A stretch of DNA of 64,000 nucleotides from Marsupella aquatica (lineage: Eukaryota > Plantae > Marchantiophyta): contig OZ316896.1 of assembly GCA_973895155.1 (NCBI GenBank), positions 22,835,722-22,899,721 on the forward strand, given 5' to 3'. Made by a program: the position numbers and the translations under genes. Shown piece after piece: positions 39,017 through 49,705 of this stretch (the stretch's first letter is position 1; every line of letters starts with the position of its first letter). The notes below the pieces were generated by a model. The model was not told the origin of the DNA. It made no database searches and was given only the letters and a program-made list of their open reading frames with translations.

Positions 39017-42000
39017 TTTAGCATTCATCTCACGCTATTCTAATTGTAGATGTGTCTGACATTTTTACAGCTGAAGATTAATTCAAAAAGGAAAAGCAAA
39101 GTGGTTCCGGCTATCACTTATAATTCTGCGGGGGAGGTTATTGTTCCCTTAGCTGAAATCCCTTATGTGTTTAAGAATTTTGTGTTTGCTGCAATCGATA
39201 AGTACAATCGGCTGAGGTCCTTAGGCGAGGGCACAGCAGAAGCGTTTGAACAAACATGGAAAAATGCAGACGGGGATTCTTTTCCCTACTATCTCCATGT
39301 TGGTGATGTTCGAATTTTGGATTCTTTTGTTCAGCCAAGGGCTTACACCCTTGCGGTTGCGGATATTCCGTATGGTTAATTTAATGCTCCTGGTTCGGAG
39401 TTTGATGAAGTGGCCTTCACAGAAAAGGACATTTTAGACATGTTGACAAGTTTCTCAAAGATGACGACCGCTAAGCAGTGGAGGTTTGTTGTGATCCATT
39501 CACTACAACAAACGCATATGGTGATGTCTGCACTGGAGAGTGTATGCAACTGTGGGGTCGAGGCTAGAATCTGGGAGAAGACTAACATTCATGAGCGTCC
39601 CGCTGGAGCTCGATTGGCGTGGGGTTTTGAGAACTGGTCGATAGGTTTCTATAGCGAGGAAGGCATTCGAAACATGGACATGTACAATTTCCAACCGGAT
39701 GAGTCTTGCGTCAATATCATCAAGGTTCCATGTGTAACCAAGAAGTCCGTTGATCCGTTGGGATTTGTTGTGAACCCGTATCAGAAGCCTGTTGGTTTGG
39801 GGGCTTGGTTTGTTTCCCATTTCTTTGAGAAAGAGGATTGGGTTATTGATCTTTGTTGTGGAACCGGATCGACATTAGCTGCTACGCTCCTCAATTCTCG
39901 CCAGGGTTGTGCTGTTGATAAGAGTTCTGCGCAGATTGATTTTATGAAATCCTGGATCATGATTCTGGAGTCAAACTGGAATTTATATGAAGAATCCCAG
40001 ATTGAAGGGCACGGCGTTGAAGGTCATGAGATTCAACCACCAATTGCAGGCCAATTGGGTGTTCTCGGGACATCAACTTACGTAGTTGAGTTCGTGAAGG
40101 AGACCGAAGAGGAACAAGAAGAAACTGAGGAAGAGCCTCCCAGAACACCAAATGAGGATGATTTCAACGACATGTTATTAGATTAGTTGCGTGTGCTCGT
40201 TAGGATAATGTCAATCACCAATGGAGTTGTCGATAAATTTATCGGATTCTGTATTCCATGAGGAAGAACCTTTGTCACCTTTATTAATGCGATAAATTTA
40301 TCGGACTTTGCATATATCGGACTATCGCGGTGTTCTAGCTGGGGGAATGGAGTTGTCGATAATCTTATCGGACTTAGCATTGTATGCTCTAATTGGTTTG
40401 TCATTGCAATTATTTCAAAAAAAAAGATATCATTATAGCTGCGGAGTACATAGTCCCAGAACGATAACCACTGTACATATTCATGGGAACGATAACCATT
40501 ATAACTTAAACCTGCAACAAGCTTCGACTATCAACGACTACAGTCTCCATTGCATTTTGAATGATTCGTCTTGTTTGTATAGGGAGAGTACTATTTGCCA
40601 ATAACACAAAGTTATACGCATAAACGGCAGTTTCTGCTAGGGACAATTCATCCTCCAGTACTTTGCTAGACGAAGCCTCTTTCTCCGGATAATATCTGCC
40701 TTCAATTGCAGACTCTTCCTCCGAATCCATTGCATACCAAGTGATTTTAATCCGCTCCGGGATGTCGTTAATTCTTGTGAGAATCTCAGTCACTTTTGCC
40801 ATCCAGAATGGTCTTCCCTTGGGATCCTGATGGGCTGCTACACATATCATTGCAAATTTAGTATTCACCTCTAGATCCTTGAAGTCTCCAATTTCTGTGA
40901 CTTTTCTTCGACTTCCGGAATACATGACTGTCCTCACACCCGCTACTTTATCAACCAAGCTAGGTTCCATTGCTGCTTTCGTAGGATTACTCGGAAGTTC
41001 TCTCTGTACGTTTACCTTGGGCCAACTCCAATCGAAACTCCATTGTGCAGGTTTCAGGTGGTGCTGAATCACTTCTTTTTGTTTGTCAAAAAAACGACCC
41101 CACCATAGACGATCTTCATCGTCAAAGTAATTGAATCCATCTTCAATTGCTCTTCGATATTTTTGAAGAGTTGACAAATAACTTTGAGCCGCCCGCTCAT
41201 CTTGTTCCTCAACATCATTCTCTTGCTCTTCATTGTCTCCTGTCGCTCCCGTGGCCGACTTCAATGCCATTTGTGGTGCAACCCACATTCCAGATGATGG
41301 AATGTACCGAACAAAATCCACTGTCTCCCCCCAATCGGTTGTCGTTGAAAGATGTTTGGCATGGAATACGGACCGAGCACTTCCATCTTCGAGTACTCTA
41401 GTAATCCAAAATTGTTTTTGAGCACTTATGCCGTGGAGAGTACGTAGAACCTGACCATCCATATCCTTGTCATTTGCTTGATCCTTGTCTGACACAAATT
41501 TCTTGAAATCGGCAACCTCGTCGACGAAAAATATCTTTGCCATAGGATTGTAGGATTCCTCTATGATTGCTGAAAGAGTGTCCAACCAGAAAGCTTTCCG
41601 CTTGTTCAATTTTGAAGAAAACTTGCTAAACATTTGATCAATTTGATCATGGGTGTGCCCCACCAATAGGAAACCAACCTTTATTTTCTGGAAAACACCT
41701 ATCTCCACCAACATATTCAAATATGCCATAAGATATTTATTCTTGTTTTCCCGAGCTGTGTTATCAAGCTAGAGGTAAAGCACTGGAGGGAACAGACCTT
41801 CCCAGGTATTCAGAATATGCTGGATAACGTGGATGGTCAGGTTGCTATCATTGTGAATATTTGGATAGTTCAAAAAAACATTTGAACTTAATTTTTTGTT
41901 GAAGATCAAACAACCCACTACATGTACGGGGATGAAATACTTTTCATCCATATTCTTCGGACACCGAATGAAATGAGGTAACTCTGTCTTCTTTTGATCC

Positions 42001-42170
42001 ATTCCATCAATACAGATGCCCAAATATTTCTCCGAATTCTTGTAACATTTGCTCCGGTGCTTTGCTAACTTCTCCCTCTCGACTGCTTGTGCCTTCCGAT
42101 GCTCGTTTAGCAATGTTGAGAATTTTCCTACAATAATAAAAATGTTTAGGACAAAACATGATAACCGCAA

Positions 42171-42335
42171 TGTTGAACCCTGACAGCGATAAATTTATCG
42201 GGTTCAGTATTCAAACACGAGACCGTAATGATAAACCCTGACAATGATAAATTTATCGGGTTTAGTATTCAAACACAAGACCGTAATGAAAAACTGTGAC
42301 AGTGATAAATTTATCAGGTTCAGTATTCAAACTTT
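42171..42335. repeat. 58-bp tandem repeat (about 3 units) in the transposase intron
   Basis: aaccctgacagcgataaatttatcgggttcagtattcaaacacgagaccgtaatg repeated. Confidence 0.85.
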
Positions 42336-43209
42336 CAAACGATATATTCACTCATATGGCCAAAGAAGAAGCACATGAATACTCAACCCGATAAAATTAT
42401 CGGGAGTAACACACAGGTTTAGAAACTTACTCTTTTCTACTTCGAGTGTTGCCTTGTCACAGAGTGCTTTGAATTCAGTACACGGGGCGCAGGTGGAGAA
42501 ACGGCTCCTTTTGGGGATGCGCACGCGAGGAAACTCCTTGTTCCAAATGCGAACAAACCACGAATATGTCATGCCTTGTTCTTGGCGCATTAGAGTTTCG
42601 GACTGGAAGGCATCAAAAACTTCTGTTTTTGTCCAATTGTCAGGTAAGTGAAAGATATCCTTGTTGGGGAGACTCTCGACATTTGTGGAAAAAAAATCAT
42701 CCAGCCATTGGACGAGACCAAGATGTGCGGGTGATTTTTCTCGACAAACTGTACCGATCTGTATCTGAGAAAACATGTTCTGCGAGATTTTTTGGAGACG
42801 ATTATTTCCTAGTGAAAATAATTTCTTAAAACCACTCCGTCAAAAGGATCTACCGCTAACTGAGTAACCACTTGCACCAGCATGCCCACCCTTCACACAT
42901 CCTCTAAGAAGGACGTTTTTCTTTGGGTAGGATAGCCCATAGTAATAAGTGCGTTGTTTTGTCACGGCTAGCAGACCCAAATTCCTCAGACAGTAATTAT
43001 CACAACACGAATACTTATGAATTTCTCTCATTTTGTTTCTATTCAATTTGTCATTTATCACATTGTCTTTCCTAGTAATTCGGTCCCTATCTTTTTTACT
43101 AGGCTCATTTGACTTCTCTACAGCCTGAAATCCGTTCATAACATTGGCATTTTTGGGTCCTTCAGGTGCCTCGCGAATAGATGCATCACTCTCTGCTGAG
43201 CTACCATCC

Positions 43210-46200
43210 TGTCACTTGCCTATCCAACGATTAATACGTGCAACCCGTACTATCCCTTGCTTAAACCGTTGGTATCGTATTACGGGGTCGTGGAGGGACG
43301 CTATTTGGAGGATTTCCACACCTAAGGATGAGTATGTTTGATTCCGCTCCCGAAAGTGTACTTTTTGATCAAGTCTACCGACTGGTCTCTCCGTTTTTGA
43401 TCAAGTCCAAGGGACTGGTCCTACCATCTACAACTCATGCCCACCGGGTGAGTGCTGTCACCACCCCCCTCCTCTCTTGGGCAAGCATACCAACATTTAC
43501 AATAAGATTTGAACTGTCGTATAGTGCTAAGTATCAAAAGTGACTCTTCTCACCTAAAACCAGGGTTTCGATCCCTTAAAGAACAGATTTCAGAATGAAT
43601 TGTATAACTTTTATCTCTCGGAGTGATTTAGAGCCCTGAACTCTATGCTGAATTCACTTTTCAACGAAAAAATCAAATAAACAAACCACCAAGTAACTGA
43701 ACTTCAGATTTATGAATCAAAGAAGAAATGAGTAAGAATTTAGAGACTACAAGCTGCTACTGCCACTCCTTCAGAAAGGATCTGGGCTCAGTATAGACAT
43801 GAAATCTGTCTCATAATTCATCAATCTCACATTTCAAAACACCAAGGTTAATGATAATGGAATTCTCAATCTAGAAGCTTTCTGGTTGCAAATGAATGAT
43901 ATGATTTAAAATGCCGTCAACATGGTTTGACGTCAGCGATGCGCAATTCAGTCAAACTCTAAACCATATTCCAGAATCAAAACAACGGTACTAACTATTC
44001 TGAGAATCAGAATTTACTTCTCATTTATCAACAACTAATCTTGAATTGGCTAGCGAATCTTGACTTCACAAGTAAGCCTAGCAGTGAATTCAATTGGAGT
44101 ATCAGAAGTCTGCAACTGAATTCAATCACCACAGGAATTTCTTGAATTCAATCTCAACTTCAATCAATACAGCTTTACTTCCATACAAAACACTCACAGC
44201 ATGCCTTGTTACAATGGAAGGAGGAGAAAACTATTCAGAAGACTTAATTCTGAATAGAGTATTAAGTCTATTTCTCTCCCCGAAAATGAGCACTCTACTC
44301 TGTCTTATAAGTGCTGGAATCCAAAAATGGAGGAGGCAAGAACAGTCGTGCCTTTCCAAGTTTAAAACTAAACAAGGGAGAAGTACAGCATAAGTACTGC
44401 CAGGGTGGCAAAATACTACTCTACTAGTAATCTACTTCAAAAAACTAAGTCTAAGTGTCGAGTGGACGCTGCTAGAAGCGTCTTAAGAAAACCAACGGAC
44501 GCTGCTCACAGCGTCAATACTAGGGTGGACGCTGCTCACAGCGTCGTGTGTTGAAGCGGACGCTTTGCACCGCGTCGGTCAAAATTCTCATAGAGTCTTG
44601 GTGGCGGTGGGGCAAAGTACACTAGGAATCGTCAGGAAAGCCGGAGATGTCAAATATTTCAATAAGTGTCCAGAACAAGTAAATGTTGGCCAGGAGGCGT
44701 CTAAAGTGTAAGTAAATCTTGAGATATGCCAAAAATAAACAAGTTTCCAGAAAAAATTGCAGGGACACCCATACCACATGAACACTAGTGACAAGGGCAA
44801 ATGTTTCCACAACGACACCGACCACACGCACTAGGGGAGGAAAACAACCAACACAAGCAACAACAAGTGACACACAAAATATTGGAACCTCAAGCCAAAT
44901 CCATATCTCTTGGTGTTTCCCGTAACACATGCAAGGACAACCCGGCCTCCTGCCGTCTGCCCAACTCCTGCCTCCCGGGGACAAGTGCTACGTTCTCCAC
45001 CTCACTACTCTGGCTTGAACTTCTCCTAATCGGTGCGCTACTCACAAAAGCTACTCCAAAGCATCCAAGTACTACGCTGAGTTCCCCCCCTCACTACTCC
45101 GGGGCTCTCCCCCTAAATACCAAAAAAACCACACCAAAGCACCCCTCATGGGGTCACAACGATGGCGGCTACCCTAGCGGCGCCGCTAAAATCCTGTACT
45201 AAGAAATCCCTAAACTAAAAAGGCATGCGGCACACACATGCTGCTAAAACCCTAAACCCTAAACAAGGGGTCGACGGTGCCTTCGACGGCGCCCCAACTG
45301 TACACAGTGAACCCTGAAATTGCAAGGCACCCCACAATGGCCGAAACTAGGTGCCCTATCAATTGTACTTTTGAGCTCACCCTTGGATAGCCCTTCTCCT
45401 CCTGATCCCGAATCACTCAACCGTACTCGCAACGGACATCGGACGCCTGAGTTATGGTCGTTTCCGTATCGCGAAAACACAATTTCGCCGGGCCATAACT
45501 TGCTCATCCTGGCTCCGTTTGAGGAGCGCCGCCTCTTGTTGGAATCAACTCCGCGAGCTCTTTCCAACAAGCCCGTGAGTGACCCCTCAAAAAAAGTTGG
45601 AAATCCAGAGGCCGTACAACCACATCCGTACGACTATCTACTCCTCCTCTTCTTCACTCTCGGTGCCCTGGCTTGTGCCCCGTGAGTGGGCCTCCTCTTC
45701 ATCACTCACGGGAGTGAGTGCCACCTCACTTTTCTTCTTCTTTACCGGGGTACTCTGCTCTAACGTCTCTACTCTGGCTGTGGCGTGCTTGAGAGAATCT
45801 CTCAATGCGTGGACTAGCTTGAGTCCCTCATGGACTCCCTCTCTGAAATCCCGTAGCTCTGCCAGGTAAACATCCGGAATGTTGTAGACCAGGGGCTTTT
45901 TCGGATCTCCCACGAGTGATTCAAGCCACTCCAACGTGTAGTCCTCATCCTGGTTTTCTTCTCCTCTATCCCCACCAGCCGACGATGATTCCTCCGTGAG
46001 CTTCCCTAAAACGGTAGTGGCAATACTCTGGATCTCCATGGTGAGAGATGATCCCGTGTCTTCCTGTCCCGGGGAACCAATCAACCCTTCTGCCCTGGCC
46101 AATACAAATGACCCCATCAAATGTACAGCCCCACCTGGTTTCACACTCCCGGGATCAGCGGCCAACAGCTTCTTCAACCCGTAGTACCACCATCCGTACA

Positions 46201-48330
46201 CATGGGCTGGGTGGTTCTTGATGTCCATAGCTACCACAAAATGCTCTTCATTCACCACCCCGGATTGCACATTGCCAAGGACCTGTTGATGAACCTTGGC
46301 CAGGAATCCCTTATAGTCAACATCCTTGACAGCGTAAAGAGGGATGGCAGTGGTTGAGGTGGGATTAATCACCCAAGTGGCCACCATCTTCAACGTGAGT
46401 TCTCCCCTAATGTGCCGAGGTGTGAATGAGAATTTCTGATTGTCCAGAAACAACAGCCTAGCCAACTCCACATGGGGCACTACACGTTTGAGACATTCAA
46501 AGTAGATTCCCTCCGTTCGTAACTCCATCCCGGCCTCAATGTCCCAGCTCTTCTCCGGAGGGATGGTAATCTCCACCTTCATGAATTTTGTAACCCCGGT
46601 GGCTTGGAAAATATTCCGACAATCCTCCATCACCTTGGCGGAGGTCTTGGGATAAATTCGACAAAAAATCCTCCTACCCACCGGTGTGGAACCTGCTGCC
46701 AATCCCATGCTCATCGTAGCTTCTCTCTCTTCTCTCTCCCTTGCAATCAAAGTCTCCACGTAGTCACGGTAAGCAGCCTTGTATCTCCGAATGCGTGCCA
46801 CACTAAACTCCGGTTGATCTAGCATTCATGCATCCCGAAATCAAATCCTCAATCACCAAATCCCGTCACCCGTAGCAATGTCAATTCCCTAGCCCAAACA
46901 GCCCCCGTAGCCCGATCAATCAATCAACCTCCTCAATTCCCTCAGAAGCCACTCCGTGCTGCTACCGCTAATGCCCGGAAGAATCATGCCAACAAGCCCC
47001 AACAATTGACCAAGAGAAAGAGCTTCCAGAATAATTGCAAAATGTGGAGAGAGCTTTCGGCAGAGCAAGAAGTCACGCAAAAAGAAGGGAGGCAAAAAAA
47101 TGAAATACAAAGAAAAGGGGAGAAAACCCCTTTCTTCACCCTTCCCAACAATCCTTTGTCCTGGCTCCCCTCACGCCATACGCCCCGGCTCGCGGCCCTA
47201 TGCAGGGCGCACACAAGCTGACACGCGGCTGTCGCTTCCCCGTTTCTCGCCCGCCGTGCCCAGTACTTGCCTCCCACTAGTCGGGGAGCATTTACTCCCC
47301 CCGTACCTCTCTGCCTTGGGCCTCCGCGCCCCCCCGTTTCCTCCTGCAGCCCCGCGCCCTCCTCCTGCTCGCGGGAGCCCTGGCTTGCCCCGGCTTGCCT
47401 CCGTACATGGCACGCGGCCCTATGCAGGGCGCACTGCCTCATTACTCCCGGCCTCAGCCTCCCATCTGTTCCTCCCGGCTGTCGTTTAGTCCCCCTCATG
47501 GGAGGGTACAGGGTGCCTCCCCTATCCCAGAGTGCTGCGCCCCTTTTGGGGGATTTAATTTTCTCCCCTGGCATCCTCTCTCACAGCCACCCCCGCTCAC
47601 GGGCTCACGGGAGGGTTTAATACCCCCCCTTTACTCCTCTTACTCCTCGGCTGCGGCCCGGCTGCCCAACTCCGAGCACCTTGGCTTGCCCCGGCTCGCC
47701 CTCTGCCAGCCTGGGGATTCCATGTGGCGGCCCTAGGGCTGCCCCTTATGGGCTCCCAAGTGCTCGCCCTCTGCCAGGCCACTTTAAGGGGCATTTAACC
47801 CCCCTCCGCGACCTCTCTGATCACCGGCCTCCTGCTACCCCGGCCTCCTCCTTAGTACTCGCGGTGTCCCATAAGGGGGAATTTTAATTCCCCCCCCATC
47901 CCCGAGCGCACCCCGGCTCCGCCGCGCCTCGCTACGGTAGCTCTTTTGGGGGGGTTTACCTCCCCTACAGCCTTACCTTAACGCTCCCCCCGGTGGCGCC
48001 TCGCTTTTCCCTTATTCCGTAAAGGTTAGCACTCCTCCTAATCCTTATTTGGGGTCTCAACGAAAGAAAGAGGGAATCAGGGCCTAAGGGAAATAGGGGG
48101 TCCACTTAGACCGACCCTAGTTTCAAGGTCCCAACATCCTGGCTTACTGGGAAGCCATAGGCCTCCAAACTATTAGGATATCAAAGAATGTCAAGACCTC
48201 CTGGGCATAGCAACCGATAATGACGGTCGTAACAAAAAAACAAAAAAACGGCTTATTTACAATGGTTATTTACACTCACAACACCCCGCGACCATTATTC
48301 GTGATTTTGAGTGACGGGGACCCCGTCACA
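43210..48330. mobile_element. 5.1-kb nested insertion, probably a very long solo LTR
   Basis: TGT...ACA termini; perfect 5-bp TSD catcc at 43205-43209 and 48331-48335; no terminal direct repeat or pol motifs seen. Confidence 0.8.
45638..46825 (-). CDS. Uncharacterised 395-aa ORF inside the solo LTR
   Basis: Intact ATG-initiated ORF with a coiled-coil-like segment, basic PVKKKKSE and an acidic tail; no family recognised. Confidence 0.55.
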   Translation of the reverse strand: MLDQPEFSVARIRRYKAAYRDYVETLIAREREEREATMSMGLAAGSTPVGRRIFCRIYPKTSAKVMEDCRNIFQATGVTKFMKVEITIPPEKSWDIEAGMELRTEGIYFECLKRVVPHVELARLLFLDNQKFSFTPRHIRGELTLKMVATWVINPTSTTAIPLYAVKDVDYKGFLAKVHQQVLGNVQSGVVNEEHFVVAMDIKNHPAHVYGWWYYGLKKLLAADPGSVKPGGAVHLMGSFVLARAEGLIGSPGQEDTGSSLTMEIQSIATTVLGKLTEESSSAGGDRGEENQDEDYTLEWLESLVGDPKKPLVYNIPDVYLAELRDFREGVHEGLKLVHALRDSLKHATARVETLEQSTPVKKKKSEVALTPVSDEEEAHSRGTSQGTESEEEEE

Positions 48331-49489
48331 CATCCTCTATAGATCTCCTTGACGCATTTAGAGGGGCACTGAATAGACGACTATAACTATTCTCTTCGAC
48401 AGCTCCTTCTAAACATTCAGACACAACTTGTGCTATTATATCGGATTCTCTATCTCCTTCCTCATCTTCGTCCTCCGATGCACTCGACTCATCTGAAAAC
48501 ACAATTGGACTCCGTGGCTCTCTATACATAACCCGAACGCCACTAAGACCTCTCCTCGATACTTGGAGCCTGGAACCAATGATAGTCCGCCCTTGAGAAC
48601 TTGGAGATTCTGGATTCGCACGTGCAGTCCCAACGACTCCGCGAGCTGCTGGAAAATTGAGCACTTGTTCACCACGATTCCCACGAACCATTCGAGAAAG
48701 GGCCGAGTCTGGACTTCGCAGTCTGATTCCCTTGCTTGCTCGCACATCCAGTCCAGGCAATGCAAAGACCGATCGCCGTATCAGTCTTTGTATTTCTGTG
48801 TTCCGATCCTTACCTGGAGACTGAAAGATCCGTCGTTGAACTTGTGTTGAATGTGGCGACTTGATTGCCGACTGCGATACGCGTATCGGTCATCGGATAC
48901 CCTCTCCATAACCCAGGATGGATGGCTTGAAGCGATGTCTCGGACCTAAACCTGGGATTGAAAGTTTCTCATTTCTTGGCGATGGAACGCTCAAGAGACG
49001 ACGCTTCTCAGGTTTACTAGGCGACACATAGTAAGCACTGGGCTTAGGACCAGAACTTGCATCAGAATCTGAGTCAGAGATTTCGGGCACTATTTGCTGT
49101 GAGAGAGGTAGAGCTTTAAGTATGCGACTTGGCAAACAGCGAGCGACAAGATTAGGAGAGGATTCAACTGAACTGGAAGGAGAATCTGTGTCTGATTGAG
49201 ACATGGCTATTCGAGACACTATGGGGCTTTGCATTCCTCCCGCAATCAGGGAAAACGAAAGGCTCAACGGACAAAATGTTGCTCCAAGAACACAACTCCC
49301 AAAACTCTACTCTCGATAATGACGCCAAAAACTTATCGGCGGTGGCCCTTTTATAGTGTCTATTGAGGGGTTGGCCCACGTGTCCACTTTTGATTGGCTG
49401 TCACCCTAAACGACAAAATAGCAGAAAAGGGTATATTTCTTGGATTTCCAATTTCATTCTCACACGTGCATCGTGGCAAAATTATATAG

Positions 49490-49705
49490 TTTTGAAATTG
49501 AAGCGATAAATTTATCTAATGTTGGTATTGCAAAAGTGGTTCCTTCATATGGAAGTTGCAATTTGAAATTGAAGCAATAAATTTATCTGATGTTGGTATT
49601 GCAAAAGTGATTCCTTCATATGGAAGTTGCAATTTTGAAATTGAAGCGATAAATTTATCTGATGTTGGTATTGCGAAGAGTTTTCTTCATATGGATAGGA
49701 ATTTT
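49490..49705. repeat. About 71-bp tandem repeat (3 units) in the right subterminal region of the TE
   Basis: tttgaaattgaagcgataaatttatct...ggtattgcaaaagt...catatggaagttgcaa repeated. Confidence 0.85.

Larger units (their letters stand above)
36235..40186 (+). pseudogene. Three-exon ParB/Srx-like domain plus beta-class DNA amino-methyltransferase (N6mA/N4mC type), about 1050 codons, one in-frame stop
   Basis: Exons 36235-37203, 37366-38439 and 39071-40186 joined by phase-0 GT-AG introns; ParB-like IRP...PFVLCV...YRIIGGNHGARA...QHN (37519-37824); catalytic motif IV DIPY (39362-39373) precedes YQKP and motif I DLCCGTGS (39848-39871); TAA at 39377-39379. Confidence 0.82.
40506..49267 (-). pseudogene. 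DDD transposase (Sola/DUF7869-like), split by an intron and a nested solo LTR
   Basis: CIDGMDQKKTELPHF, LYL*LDNTARENKNKY (TAG at 41769-41771), FLLVGHTHDQIDQMFS, upstream FSTCAPC and SCCDNYC; intron 42128-42430; removing 43210-48335 restores the frame (RSIED-GSSAES); exact start uncertain. Confidence 0.85.
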
